From Actinomycetota bacterium (GTDB lineage: Bacteria > Actinomycetota > Thermoleophilia > RBG-16-64-13), in assembly GCA_016278725.1 (NCBI GenBank), contig JADQBG010000001.1, positions 5,414 through 69,413 on the forward strand: a stretch of 64,000 bases of DNA, read 5' to 3'. Below the pieces are notes generated by a model. That model had not been told where the DNA came from and searched no databases. It saw only the letters and a program-made list of their open reading frames with translations. This document shows positions 1 through 9,070 of this stretch, piece by piece. A program made the translations under genes and the position numbers. How positions within the stretch are numbered: position 1 is the stretch's first letter; the number at the start of each line of letters is the position of its first letter.

Positions 1-429
1 TTCGCGCACCGCGGCTTCCTGGTGCGCGGGGTATTCGACCTCTTGCTCGAGGAGGCCCCGGGCTGGCACCTCGTCGACTACAAGACCAACCGCCTGGGAG
101 AGGGCGGACGCGTCGAGGCGGTGAAACATTACCGGCTGCAGGCCGCGATCTATGCGCTGGCGGCGCTCCAGGCCGGGAAAGAACCGGTTAGGGTTTCCTT
201 TCTCTTTCTGGAGCAGCCGGACGAGCTCGTGACTCATGAGTTCGCCGCCTCCGATCGGGGCGCGCTCGAGGAGGAACTAAGCGCGGCGCTCGAGGGCATC
301 GAGAACGGCGACTTCGCCGCGCGCGAGGACCGCTGCGACTGGTGCTCGGTCCAGGGTCTCTGTGGGCCGCTCGGGGTTGATGGACCGGGGTCCCGCGTTG
401 GTGGTAACATAGCCGCTCGCGGGGCGTAG
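1..429 (+). CDS. C-terminal fragment of a PD-(D/E)XK (RecB/AddB-type) nuclease-domain protein; the 5' end lies outside the window
   Basis: Reading frame is open from base 1. It contains the 'LVDYKTN' (D..YK) nuclease motif and a C-terminal Cys cluster, CDWCSVQGLC. The stop codon TAG at 427-429 lies inside the following tRNA. Confidence 0.55.
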   Translation, partial: FAHRGFLVRGVFDLLLEEAPGWHLVDYKTNRLGEGGRVEAVKHYRLQAAIYALAALQAGKEPVRVSFLFLEQPDELVTHEFAASDRGALEEELSAALEGIENGDFAAREDRCDWCSVQGLCGPLGVDGPGSRVGGNIAARGA

Positions 430-493
430 CGCAGCCTGGTAGCGCGCATCGTTCGGGACGATGAGGTCCCGGGTTCAAATCCCGGCGCCCCGA
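420..493 (+). tRNA. tRNA-Pro (anticodon CGG)
   Basis: Manually folded cloverleaf. Acceptor CGGGGCG pairs with CGCCCCG. Anticodon loop is TTCGGGA (positions 452-458), the T-loop is TTCAAAT, and the discriminator is A. No CCA is encoded. Confidence 0.85.
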
Positions 494-499
494 CTGGGA

Positions 500-520
500 G
501 CCGCCGATCGGCGGCTTTTT
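500..520 (+). terminator. Intrinsic terminator downstream of tRNA-Pro
   Basis: Perfect palindrome GCCGCC-GATC-GGCGGC followed by TTTTT. Confidence 0.6.
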
Positions 521-587
521 CGTGTGAAGGTCCGGCGCTCGCGGAGCGGGCCGGAGTCTCTGTATAGGCAGTCCGTCGAGGAGGAGT

Positions 588-1226
588 ATGGCCGAGAAAC
601 TCAGTCTGGGCGTAGCCGCCCGGCTCTCGACCTACCTCCGAATCCTCAGGCAGGCGCGCAAGCAGGGCCGGGACAGTATCTCCTCCCAGGAAATCAGCGA
701 TCACGCCAACGTCAACCCGACTCAGGTGCGGCGTGATCTCTCGGCTTTCGGCCGCTTCGGCAAGCGAGGAGTGGGCTACAGCATCGACTCGCTGATCGGC
801 GAGATCCAGGAGATCCTGCACAGCGAGGGCCCCTATCGCATCGCGGTGGTGGGAGCGGGCAAACTGGGGGGCGCTATCGCGACCTCTTCCATCTTCCAGG
901 ATCACGGCTTCGGCATTGCTGCCGTCTTCGACAACGATCCCCACAAGATCGGAAGTGACCTCGGCGGCCTGGAAGTGTTACCCACCGAGCGGGTGCCCGA
1001 CTTCTGCCGCAAAGAGGGGATAGTGATCGGGGTGATTGCCGTTCCCCCGGAAGGCGCTCAGCAGGCCGCCGACGCGCTGGTCGCGGGAGAGGTGCGCATC
1101 ATCTTCAACTACACGGAGACCCTGCTCACGGTGCCGGACTGGGTCACGGTCCACACGGTCAATCCCGCGGAAGAGATGCTCTACGCGCTCTACTTCTCCA
1201 TGCCTGATGAGCCGGAGTCCGAGTAG
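588..1226 (+). CDS. rex: Redox-sensing transcriptional repressor Rex
   Basis: N-terminal wHTH followed by a Rossmann fold, with the motifs 'ISSQEISD...VRRDLSAFG' and 'RIAVVGAGKLG'. Ribosome-binding site GAGGAGGAG at 575-583. Confidence 0.85.
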   Translation: MAEKLSLGVAARLSTYLRILRQARKQGRDSISSQEISDHANVNPTQVRRDLSAFGRFGKRGVGYSIDSLIGEIQEILHSEGPYRIAVVGAGKLGGAIATSSIFQDHGFGIAAVFDNDPHKIGSDLGGLEVLPTERVPDFCRKEGIVIGVIAVPPEGAQQAADALVAGEVRIIFNYTETLLTVPDWVTVHTVNPAEEMLYALYFSMPDEPESE

Positions 1227-1261
1227 GGCGGGCTTTCTGTCCGTTCGGCCTTCCGGGAGTC

Positions 1262-2239
1262 CTAGCCGGTCAGGGCGACGACCAGCACGGTGTCTTCGGG
1301 AGTCACCCCATTCCCCCCAAGCGGTTGAGTCACGAAACCCTCCCCGCCGGCTTTTGGCCGGAGCAGGAGGGCGGCGTCGACCGCCCGGGCCAGGGCGGGG
1401 GGGAGGTCTGTCGACGAGGTGACGGTGCTCGCCACCTCCAGTCCGGCGTCTCTCAAGGACTCGATCAGCAGGGGGACCTCCTCGGGAAGCATTCGGGCCA
1501 GATAGGCGCCGCCCGTCACCGTCTGCGCGGGCAAGGCCTGCAGGGTGGTGATGCTTTCGAAGATCCGCGCGGCCTCCTCTGGAGACGTCCCTGCCGACAA
1601 TCGCAGATTCAGCACCTCACCCGGGGCCGGCTGTGGTGACTGTTCGGCGGCGCCTAAGGTGCGGGTCTCCTCCGTGGCTTCCCCTTCGGCGGCGCCACCC
1701 GGCTCGGCCGCGGGGGCGCCGGCGGCCTCGTCCCCTGCCGCGCTTTGGCTGGAGTCCTCGGCCGTGGCCGCGGCTTCTTTATCGGTCGACTCCTGCTGCC
1801 CCGCCGGGGCACTCGCCTGGAACGTACGTAGGTCGTCCGTCTGGTCACTCTGGGTGAACCAGACCAGCCCGACCCCCACGAAGATCAGCAGCGCCGCTGC
1901 GGGCAGCAGGGTGGAGGGGCGCAGCCAGGCGGGCAGCGAGCCAAGAAGCGAGCTCCTTCTGCGCCCGGTGTCTTGCCCTCGGGCCGGCGCTTCTATCTGC
2001 TCGAGCCTCCGGTGCTCTAGCCCCCCGAGCACGCGGCCCTCCAGTTCCGGCGGAGGCTCCGCGCTTCGCACGCCGGCGAGCAAGGCCACGGCCCTGCGCT
2101 GTTCGGCTACGGCCTCACGGCAACGGGCGCAGCCGGAAAGGTGCCGCGCGAATTCCCGCGACTGCTCCTCCGAGAGGGTGCCGTCCAGATAGTCCAGCAC
2201 GGCTTCGCCGCGCCCGTCTATGTGCTCTTGTTCGCGCAT
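1262..2239 (-). CDS. Anti-sigma factor, zf-HC2 type (N-terminal zinc finger, one TM segment, Ala/Glu-rich periplasmic linker, C-terminal domain of unknown function)
   Basis: Motif 'HLSGCARCREAV' near the N-terminus and one hydrophobic helix, LLPAAALLIFVGVGLVWF. It lies immediately downstream of the ECF sigma factor gene on the same strand, separated by 6 nt. Confidence 0.7.
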   Translation of the reverse strand: MREQEHIDGRGEAVLDYLDGTLSEEQSREFARHLSGCARCREAVAEQRRAVALLAGVRSAEPPPELEGRVLGGLEHRRLEQIEAPARGQDTGRRRSSLLGSLPAWLRPSTLLPAAALLIFVGVGLVWFTQSDQTDDLRTFQASAPAGQQESTDKEAAATAEDSSQSAAGDEAAGAPAAEPGGAAEGEATEETRTLGAAEQSPQPAPGEVLNLRLSAGTSPEEAARIFESITTLQALPAQTVTGGAYLARMLPEEVPLLIESLRDAGLEVASTVTSSTDLPPALARAVDAALLLRPKAGGEGFVTQPLGGNGVTPEDTVLVVALTG

Positions 2240-2245
2240 CGTTCC

Positions 2246-2884
2246 CTATTCCTTGCCTGCTTCTCTGACGGCTCCCGGGTGTCCAGGGTTCCCCCGCTGT
2301 CGAAGGGGTGCCTCGCCCGCGGGCGGGGCGAGAGAGCGCGCGAGCAGCGCCCGCGCCCGGAAGAGGCGGGATTTCACCGTCCCCTCGGCAATCTCGAGGA
2401 TGTCCGCAGCCTCTGCGTAGCTGTAGTCGAGCAGATCGCAGAGCACCACGGTCAGCCGGAAGTCCTCCGGGAGGGCGGCCAGGGCGGCTGTGACCTCGTC
2501 CGAAAGGCGGTCCTCGACAGGGTCGCGTGATGCGCGGGAGGTGCGGGTGACATCGGCGGCTTCGAGCATGCGCTCCAGCGAGGCCTCCTCCGTGGGCTGC
2601 GGCCTGCGCTTTCGAAAATGATCCCGCACGGTGTTGACCGCGATGCGATGGAGCCAGGTGCCGAAGCCCGAATCCCCACGAAAACTCTCTATCGCGCCGA
2701 AGGCTTTGATGAAAGCCTCCTGGGCCAGGTCGGCGGCTTCCGCCGGGTCGCCCGTCATCCGCAGGGTCAGGTTGTAGACCCGGCGGCTGTGGAGGCGGTA
2801 GAGCTCCCCCAGAGCCTCCTGGCTCCCCGCGCGGGCGTCTTTGAGGAGCGCCCTTTCCCGCTCGGTGCTCACGCTCGTCCGCAC
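2246..2884 (-). CDS. ECF-family RNA polymerase sigma-70 factor
   Basis: Sigma-70 region 2 ('YRLHSRRVYNLTLRMTGDPAEAADLAQEAFIKAF') and region 4 ('DYSYAEAADILEIAEGTVKSRLFRAR'). GTG start. Confidence 0.85.
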   Translation of the reverse strand: MRTSVSTERERALLKDARAGSQEALGELYRLHSRRVYNLTLRMTGDPAEAADLAQEAFIKAFGAIESFRGDSGFGTWLHRIAVNTVRDHFRKRRPQPTEEASLERMLEAADVTRTSRASRDPVEDRLSDEVTAALAALPEDFRLTVVLCDLLDYSYAEAADILEIAEGTVKSRLFRARALLARSLAPPAGEAPLRQRGNPGHPGAVREAGKE

Positions 2885-3098
2885 ACCCGGGAAAGGCCGG
2901 GCGACGGAGAACCACCTCGAGCAAGAGGAGGATCGGTTTGGCGGGGGGCGGTCTGCATCATTTGCTAGACTCTTCGCTCATTTCCCTAGGGTTTCAGGAT
3001 TGTAGCAGGCAGATCTGGGCAAACTCCCCTGGACCTCACCGGCGCCCGCAGCAAGCGGCGGCGGGTCGAAGACAGGCGGATGGCGGGGCTATGGCGGC

Positions 3099-4286
3099 TT
3101 GGCGGGAGAGCGAGTGGAAGTACGAGAAGAGATAGGCGCGGTTTTTGATAACGGCCGCGATCTGACCGTCGGACTGGAAGAGGAGTTCCAAATCCTCGAC
3201 GCCGACACGCTCAGTCTCACCAATCGCTACCGGGAGCTAAAGGAACACGCCGACGAGGTCTTCGGCGGTCCCTTGGTTTACGGCGAGTTGATCCAGTCCG
3301 AAGCCGAGATCAACAGCGTCGCCGGTAAGAACTTCGCCGAGTCGCGCGAAGACCTCCGCTCCAAGCGGGCGGCCCTCACCCGTGCGGCCGCGGATCTGGG
3401 CCTGGCCCTCGGCTCGACGGGAGTGCATCCCTTCAGCCATTGGCGCGATCAGCGGTTCATCGATTCGGATCACTACAGGCGCGTAATCGATGAGCTCAAA
3501 TACGTGGCCTGGACCAACAATACCTTCGGGCTTCACGTCCACGCCGGCATCCGGGGGGCCGACCGCGCTGTCGCCGTCCACGACGCCTACCGTTCGTACG
3601 TGCCGGAGTTGCTCGCGCTCTCGGCCAGCTCGCCCTTCTATCATGGGGATGAGACCCAGCTTCACTCCACCCGCTCACAGGTGTTCGTCGAAGCGTTTCC
3701 CCGTTGCGGAGATCCGGATCCCTACGGGGATTGGGCCACGTATGCCGACTACGCCGACTTTCTTTTCGCCACCAACTCCATAACCGAGTCGACCATGATC
3801 TGGTGGACGCTCCGGCTCCACCACCTGTTCGGCACCCTCGAAGTCCGCGCGATGGATGCCCAGCCGGTTTTCGAGGATTCCATGGCGATGGCCGGCCTCA
3901 GTCTGGGTTTGGTGGCCGCCCTCCTCGACCGCTACGACCGGGGAGAGAGCCTCCCCGTTCACCCTCGTCGGTTCATCGAGGAAAACCGGTGGCGGGCCCG
4001 AAGTCACGGCCTCGACGGCAAGTTGATCGATCTGGAGAGCCGCACCGAAATCAGCGCGGTAGAAGCGCTCAAGCGTCGCGTTGGCCAGGTCGAGCCGCTG
4101 GCCGAAGAGCTGGGCCTGGAGGCCGAACTGGCTCGGGTCGAACACATATTGACCGAAGGGAATTCCGCTCAGCAGCAGCTCGCCCGCTTTCGGAATGGCG
4201 AGGATATCTTCACGATATTTTCCGACACGGTGCGCCTGAGCATGACCTCGCACCAGCCGGCGCCGGCCGCAGCGCCCGAAGGCTAG
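3099..4286 (+). CDS. Carboxylate-amine ligase, GCS2/YbdK family (glutamate-cysteine ligase family 2)
   Basis: N-terminal 'LTVGLEEEFQILD' and the overall GCS2 fold motifs. Its stop codon overlaps the stop of the convergent downstream gene (CTAG). Confidence 0.75.
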   Translation: MAGERVEVREEIGAVFDNGRDLTVGLEEEFQILDADTLSLTNRYRELKEHADEVFGGPLVYGELIQSEAEINSVAGKNFAESREDLRSKRAALTRAAADLGLALGSTGVHPFSHWRDQRFIDSDHYRRVIDELKYVAWTNNTFGLHVHAGIRGADRAVAVHDAYRSYVPELLALSASSPFYHGDETQLHSTRSQVFVEAFPRCGDPDPYGDWATYADYADFLFATNSITESTMIWWTLRLHHLFGTLEVRAMDAQPVFEDSMAMAGLSLGLVAALLDRYDRGESLPVHPRRFIEENRWRARSHGLDGKLIDLESRTEISAVEALKRRVGQVEPLAEELGLEAELARVEHILTEGNSAQQQLARFRNGEDIFTIFSDTVRLSMTSHQPAPAAAPEG

Positions 4287-5208
4287 GAAGACTCAGTCGC
4301 ACCCTGGAGCTTGCGGTAGGCGATCGTCCAGTAGGTGCTGAAGAAAGTGGTCAGCACAGCCTTCAGCAGCAGAACGGCCGCGCCCAGCACCAGGCCGCCC
4401 AAGGCCGCCAGCGGAATCAGCCAGGGGCCCTGGTCTTCCCCGACGACGATCGCCAAAATCAGAGGTATGCCCAGGGCGATCATGGGAATCGCGAGGATCA
4501 GTCCGACGGCGATGCTCAGCCCCAGGTTGAGGGCCCAGACGAGCAGGCTGCTCCCGGTTTGCGCGCGAAACAGCCGCCACCCTCTTCCCAGCGAGGCGAA
4601 GACGCCGGTTCCGTCCAGGATCAGGCTGCGGGCCGACCAGCTGACCACGATCTGGATAACCACCAGGAAGGGAATGAGGGCCAGGGCGAGCAGGACGGCC
4701 AGGCCGACCAGGGCGATCACGGCCGAGCCCGAGACCTCGAAGTTCTGGAGGAGGACAAAAACCACCACCACCGCCATGACCCCAAGGACCAGCAGGGTGA
4801 GGATTCCGGCCAGCAAGAGGAGTAGAAACAGGCCCAGCAGGGGCCAGAACCTTTCGAAGCCCCGGCGCCAACTGCGGCGCGCTCCCCTGCCTTCGACCCC
4901 GCGGTAGGCTTCGTCCGCGCCGGCCACGAGGCCCGCGGTCATGATCACCGAGAGCGCGAACAGGAGAAAACCCAGGACGAAGACCACCAAACCCAATGCC
5001 AGCAACCACCCCCAGTTGCCGGCGACGAAATCGACGCCACCGGAGAAGGAGCCGACCCCTTCACCACCGCCGTCGCCCGAGAACTGATAGCTCGATGAGC
5101 TAGGATTGCAGCCGTCCAGCGAGAGGGCGAAAAGGCCGAAGAGCCAGAGGTACTTGGCGCGCCAACTTATGCGGAAGGTGGCGGAGAGCAGTTCGCCGTA
5201 GTCCATTC
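4283..5208 (-). CDS. Polytopic integral membrane protein of unknown function
   Basis: At least six long hydrophobic helices. I take the start as ATG at 5206-5208 (MDYGELLSATF...) rather than the upstream low-complexity extension of the six-frame ORF. Confidence 0.55.
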
Positions 5209-5345
5209 CCACTCCTTCCCCGCCGTTATTTGGGCGCGTCGCCCGGCATTTGGTTGACCGCCGCTCGTCTTTGAGGATACTACTAACGGGAACCGGGCCG
5301 GGATACCCCTGGGACTGCAGGTGACAGCGATATCTGGGAGAGGAC

Positions 5346-5798
5346 ATGGCAGATTCAGCGAACAGTTCGGGCGAGGATCGGCAGAGGATAGAGCAGGAAT
5401 TTCTCGAGCGGATGCAGCAGGAACTGCTGCGTCTCTCGGTGCAGGACCATCTGTCCGGCGTGCTGCAGTCCCTGCCGAGCATCGCTTTTCAAAGGATGGG
5501 TCTTTCCGAGCAAACCCGGGCCGACCGGGATCTCGAGCAAACCCGCATCGCCATCGACGCCTTCCGCGCGCTGGTCGACGTGCTCGCGGGGTCGCTGCCC
5601 CGGGACCAGGTGGCGATGTACCGGAGCACGCTCGCCCAAATGCAGATGGCCTACGTGGGAGCCATCGACCAGCAGAAAGAAGAAACGGCGGGGGAGCCGG
5701 CGCCCCCCGCGGCCGAGTCCGAACCCGAGGCCGCGTCCGAACCCGAATCCGAGTCCGAACCCGAGGCCGAGTCCGAACCCGAATCCGAATCCGAGTAA
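5346..5798 (+). CDS. Hypothetical protein with a helical N-terminal region and a C-terminal (S/A)EPE acidic repeat tail
   Basis: ORF with strongly GC-biased third codon positions. The C-terminus is encoded by a near-perfect 6/12-nt tandem DNA repeat. Confidence 0.55.
   Translation: MADSANSSGEDRQRIEQEFLERMQQELLRLSVQDHLSGVLQSLPSIAFQRMGLSEQTRADRDLEQTRIAIDAFRALVDVLAGSLPRDQVAMYRSTLAQMQMAYVGAIDQQKEETAGEPAPPAAESEPEAASEPESESEPEAESEPESESE
5715..5795 (+). repeat. In-frame tandem codon repeat (tccgaacccgaR gccgMg...) encoding the ESEPEAESEPESE tail
   Basis: Direct reading of the sequence at 5715-5795. Confidence 0.8.
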
Positions 5799-5823
5799 TT
5801 GTCCAACCGAGGAGAGATGCGCA

Positions 5824-6651
5824 GTGGCTGACGAGCAAGCGGTAGGCGAATTTGGCTCCCAAGCGGAGATAGGGGTCTTTGGCGGATCCGGTTTCTACTC
5901 CTTCCTCGAGGACGTGGAGGAGGTCGCGGTCGATACTCCCTACGGCCCGCCGAGCGACAGTTACTTCATCGGCGAGATCGGCGGCAAGCGCGTGGCCTTC
6001 TTGCCCCGGCACGGGCGGCGGCACCAGTTTCCCCCGCATATGATCAACTACCGGGCCAATGTCTGGGGGATGAAGGCCCTCGGCGTGAAGAAGATAATCG
6101 GTCCCTGCGCCTCAGGAAGTCTGCAGAAGGAGGTGGGGCTGGGACACTTCGTGGTGGCCGACCAGTTCGTCGACCGCACCAGCGCCCGCAAAGACACCTT
6201 CTACGACGGTCCCGTCTCGACTCACGTCTCCTCCGCCGATCCCTACTGCCCGCACATCCGGGAGGCTCTGATCGGAAAATCCCGGGAGCTCGGCATCACC
6301 GTCCACGAGACCGGGACGGTGGTGGTGATTCAGGGCCCCCGCTTCTCCACCCGGGCCGAGAGCAAGTGGTTCAACCGCAATGGCTGGGAGGTGATCAACA
6401 TGACCGCCTATCCCGAGGGCTACCTCGCACGCGAGCTCGAGCTCTGCTACGCGAACGTCTCTCTGATCACCGACTACGACGTCGGCGTGGCGGACGATCC
6501 CTCGATACCCCCGGTCAGCCATCACGAGGTGGTCAAGGTCTTCGAGGAAAACAACGAGAAGCTACGGCGCCTCTTGTTCGAGGTGATTCCGCAGCTGGAT
6601 TACGAGAGGGATTGCGCCTGCGCCCACGCTTTGGAGGGCGCGCGCCTCTGA
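5824..6651 (+). CDS. mtnP: S-methyl-5'-thioadenosine phosphorylase (MTAP; purine nucleoside phosphorylase family 2)
   Basis: Motifs 'GVFGGSGFYSF', 'PRHGRRHQFPPHMINYRAN' and 'KKIIGPCASGSL'. GTG start at 5824 with a GGAGAG ribosome-binding site. Confidence 0.85.
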   Translation: MADEQAVGEFGSQAEIGVFGGSGFYSFLEDVEEVAVDTPYGPPSDSYFIGEIGGKRVAFLPRHGRRHQFPPHMINYRANVWGMKALGVKKIIGPCASGSLQKEVGLGHFVVADQFVDRTSARKDTFYDGPVSTHVSSADPYCPHIREALIGKSRELGITVHETGTVVVIQGPRFSTRAESKWFNRNGWEVINMTAYPEGYLARELELCYANVSLITDYDVGVADDPSIPPVSHHEVVKVFEENNEKLRRLLFEVIPQLDYERDCACAHALEGARL

Positions 6652-6681
6652 CAGGTGTGAAGTTGGGGGCGGGGACCAGGG

Positions 6682-6705
6682 GGCCCCGGCGGGATGCCGG
6701 GGGCC
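6682..6705. terminator. GC-rich hairpin between the convergent genes mtnP and the 6710-7036 ORF (possible bidirectional terminator)
   Basis: GGCCCCGGC-GGGAT-GCCGGGGGCC. No strong U-run follows. Confidence 0.35.
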
Positions 6706-6709
6706 TGGG

Positions 6710-7036
6710 TTACTGCTGGGGATAGTCGACGACGAGCTCCCCGTCGACGCGGCGGATGTTCGCGTTTCTGACGTGGTCGAGCAGGGCGCGGCGGCGGAGG
6801 TCGTCGGGCTCGCCCGCGTTTTGGCGGTCGACCTGGAGCACGCTCTCGTACATTTCCTCCACGAGCTTGGTCGATTCGTCCGGGGTCAGACCCAGGGGCT
6901 TGAGCAGGCCGGCGACCTTGCCCAGGATGCCTTTCAGGGCGGTGAGCGACTCGCGCTCGACCTCGTTGATATCGTCCCGGCCGCGCCCCGAGTCTCTTTC
7001 TGGGGGATTGTCTCTGCGGTCTCTCTTGGCCATCTG
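6710..7036 (-). CDS. Hypothetical protein (108 aa)
   Basis: ATG at 7034-7036 preceded by an AGGAGC ribosome-binding site. The longer six-frame ORF would run through the tRNA-Pro gene, so I trimmed it. Confidence 0.45.
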   Translation of the reverse strand, partial: QMAKRDRRDNPPERDSGRGRDDINEVERESLTALKGILGKVAGLLKPLGLTPDESTKLVEEMYESVLQVDRQNAGEPDDLRRRALLDHVRNANIRRVDGELVVDYPQQ

Positions 7037-7111
7037 AGCTCCTGTTTGCAGGTTGCGGCGTTCTTCATTGTAGCCGACGGAGCCCCCCGAGACAGGGATG
7101 AAACCATGGGG

Positions 7112-7117
7112 TATACT
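7112..7117 (+). promoter_or_regulatory. Putative -10 element (TATACT within GGGGTATACTGG) for the tRNA cluster
   Basis: Lies 26 nt upstream of tRNA-Pro(TGG). The same GG(G/T)TATA(A/C)T motif occurs upstream of mreB and rplU. Confidence 0.3.
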
Positions 7118-7142
7118 GGATCGCCGACCGGTTTCGTCGTTC

Positions 7143-7216
7143 CGGGACGTGGCGCAGCCTGGTAGCGCACCTGCTTTGGGAGCAGGGGGTCGCCGGTTCA
7201 AATCCGGCCGTCCCGA
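7143..7216 (+). tRNA. tRNA-Pro (anticodon TGG)
   Basis: Acceptor CGGGACG pairs with CGTCCCG. Anticodon loop TTTGGGA, T-loop TTCAAAT. Confidence 0.85.
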
Positions 7217-7236
7217 CTGTACGGAGAGCTTGACGG

Positions 7237-7309
7237 GCGGGTGTAGCTCAGCTGGTAGAGCAACGGCCTTCCAAGCCGTTGGTCGCGGGTTCGAATCCCG
7301 TCGCCCGCT
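7237..7309 (+). tRNA. tRNA-Gly (anticodon TCC)
   Basis: Acceptor GCGGGTG pairs with CGCCCGC. Anticodon loop CTTCCAA, T-loop TTCGAAT, discriminator T. Confidence 0.85.
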
Positions 7310-7337
7310 CCTCGGCCGCTTCTGCGGAACGGTGGAG

Positions 7338-7411
7338 GCGCCTGTAGCTCAGTTGGATAGAGCAGCGGACTTCTAATCCGCGGGCCGGGGGTTCGAATCC
7401 TCCCAGGCGCG
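7338..7411 (+). tRNA. tRNA-Arg (anticodon TCT)
   Basis: Acceptor GCGCCTG pairs with CAGGCGC. Anticodon loop CTTCTAA, T-loop TTCGAAT. Confidence 0.8.
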
Positions 7412-7446
7412 CCTTAGGCCGCAGGCGCAAGCGCTATGGCCGACGT

Positions 7447-7520
7447 GGTGAACGTAGCTCAGTTGGTAGAGCTCCGGGTTGTGGTCCCGGTGGTCGCGGG
7501 TTCGAGCCCCGTCGTTCACC
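7447..7520 (+). tRNA. tRNA-His (anticodon GTG), with an encoded G(-1)
   Basis: Acceptor GTGAACG pairs with CGTTCAC. An extra 5' G pairs with C73. Anticodon loop TTGTGGT. Confidence 0.85.
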
Positions 7521-7588
7521 CCTCAGGGGTTGGGCCCTTCGTGACGTCCGAGTGGGACGGGACGAAGGGTCGTTTCATTTTGCGACGC

Positions 7589-7670
7589 GCGGGTGTGGCG
7601 GAACTGGCAGACGCGCCAGGTTTAGGTCCTGGTGCCGCGAGGCGTGGAGGTTCGAGTCCTCTCACCCGCA
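7589..7670 (+). tRNA. tRNA-Leu (anticodon TAG), with a long variable arm
   Basis: Acceptor GCGGGTG pairs with CACCCGC. Anticodon loop TTTAGGT, long variable arm, T-loop TTCGAGT, discriminator A. Confidence 0.8.
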
Positions 7671-7678
7671 TAAAGCAG

Positions 7679-7699
7679 CCCCGGTCCCAAGGGCCGGGG
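7679..7699 (+). terminator. GC hairpin downstream of tRNA-Leu (CCCCGG-TCCCAAGGG-CCGGGG)
   Basis: Stable stem but no U-run. It may be a processing or termination structure ahead of tig. Confidence 0.3.
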
Positions 7700-7726
7700 C
7701 AATCGAGTTGAGGAGGAGCGGTCAAC

Positions 7727-9070
7727 GTGAAGACCACCGTCACCGAAATCGAGGGGAGCAAGGTTCGCCTCGAGGTAGAGGTTCCCGCGGAGGAGGTGGG
7801 CGCCGGGCTGCAGAGAACCCTCAAGCGCCTGTCGCAGGAAATCAAGCTTCCCGGCTTCCGCAAAGGCAAGGTCCCCACCAGTGTGGTCCTCCAGCGCTTT
7901 GGCATGGAAGCCGTGGTGCAGGAGATGCTCGAGGAGGAGCTGCCCAAGTGGTATGCGGCGGCCCTGCAGGAAGAGGAGATCGTGCCCGTCGGCCGCCCCG
8001 AGGTGGACTTCGAGCAACCCCCGGCCGAGGAGCAGGCCTTCACCTTCCAGGCGGAGGTTCCGGTCATGCCCACCCCCGAACTGGGCGAGTTCAGGGGCCT
8101 CGAAGTGCCGAAAGAAGAACCCACGGTCGAGGACGATGAGGTCAACCGTCAGGTCGAGCGCCTGCGGGACGAGTTCGCGGAACTGCGTCCGGTGGAAGGC
8201 CGCCCGGCCCAAGAGGGCGACTTCGTGACCATCGATTTCCAGGGGAGCTTGGACGGCGAGGAGGTGGACCAGACCTCCGCCGAGGACTACGTGCTGCAGA
8301 TCGGCTCCAACCAACTGCTGCCCGACCTGGAGCAAGGCGTGGTGGGCATGCAACCCGGTCAGGAAAAGGTCGTCCCCGTGGCCTTCCCCGAGGAGTATCC
8401 CGCGGAGGACATCGCCGGCAAGACCCTGGACTTCACGGTGACGCTCAAGGAGATCAAGGAGAAGTCCCTGCCGGCGATGAACGACGAGTTTGCCAAGGAC
8501 GTCAGCGAGTTCGAGACGCTGCTCGAACTGAGGCTCGACATCCGGCAGAAGCTCCAATCGTCTTTGGACCAGGCGGCCGATCGCCGCTTCCGCAACGCGG
8601 CGGTCAAGCAGGCGGCCGATAACGCCCGGCTGGAACTCCCCGACGCGGTCATCGACGAGCAGGCGAGCGACATGGTGCAGGACTTCGCCCACTCGCTGAC
8701 CCATCAGGGCACCTCGCTCGAACACTACCTGGAGCTGACCGGCTCGACCATGGAGGCGTTGCTTGCGGAGGTTCGCCCGCAGGCAGAGGACTCCGTCAGG
8801 ACCACGCTGGTGCTCGATTCCGTGGCCGAAGCCGAGGGTCTGACGGTCAGCGACGAAGAGCTCGACAAGCGGTTGAATGAGATGGCTCAGGCGGCCCGGA
8901 TGGAGCCCGAGGAGTTTCGTTCGCGCCTGGAGGACTCTGGTAGAATCTCCACGGTTCGGCAGCAACTCCTGCGGGAAATGGCGGCGGATCTCATCGTGGA
9001 CAGTGCCGTGCCCGTCACACCGGAGCCCGAGGCCGAACCGAGCGAAGACGACGAAAGGACTTCAGATTGA
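7727..9070 (+). CDS. tig: Trigger factor (ribosome-associated PPIase chaperone)
   Basis: N-terminal '[24 protein letters not shown]...FRKGKVP' and a central FKBP domain. GTG start with an AGGAGGAG ribosome-binding site. Confidence 0.9.
   Translation: MKTTVTEIEGSKVRLEVEVPAEEVGAGLQRTLKRLSQEIKLPGFRKGKVPTSVVLQRFGMEAVVQEMLEEELPKWYAAALQEEEIVPVGRPEVDFEQPPAEEQAFTFQAEVPVMPTPELGEFRGLEVPKEEPTVEDDEVNRQVERLRDEFAELRPVEGRPAQEGDFVTIDFQGSLDGEEVDQTSAEDYVLQIGSNQLLPDLEQGVVGMQPGQEKVVPVAFPEEYPAEDIAGKTLDFTVTLKEIKEKSLPAMNDEFAKDVSEFETLLELRLDIRQKLQSSLDQAADRRFRNAAVKQAADNARLELPDAVIDEQASDMVQDFAHSLTHQGTSLEHYLELTGSTMEALLAEVRPQAEDSVRTTLVLDSVAEAEGLTVSDEELDKRLNEMAQAARMEPEEFRSRLEDSGRISTVRQQLLREMAADLIVDSAVPVTPEPEAEPSEDDERTSD

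Noticed and set aside
516-535. TTCGTGTGAAGG upstream of rex considered as a Rex operator (TTGTGAA-N6-TTCACAA)
   Set aside because: Only one half-site-like element and no inverted partner at the right spacing. It overlaps the U-tract of the tRNA-Pro terminator.
2938-3135. 65-aa ORF in the sigma/GCS2 divergent intergenic region. Also the 42533-42772 ORF (79 aa) in the mraZ promoter region.
   Set aside because: No ribosome-binding site. Low-complexity or regulatory-region sequence. They overlap likely promoter and operator DNA.
4283-4286. Convergent genes (the GCS2 ligase, and the membrane protein on the minus strand) sharing a CTAG overlapping stop
   Set aside because: Trivial palindromic stop overlap. 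No regulatory meaning can be inferred from the sequence alone.
5715-5795. Tandem repeat array considered as a possible CRISPR array or non-coding repeat
   Set aside because: The unit is 6/12 nt with no spacers. It is in frame inside an ORF and encodes an ESEPE tail. It is not a CRISPR array.
7143-7670. tRNA cluster considered as an integration hotspot or genomic-island boundary
   Set aside because: No integrase, no duplicated tRNA 3' fragment, and no compositional shift follows. The downstream genes (tig-clpPX-lon-valS) are core housekeeping.
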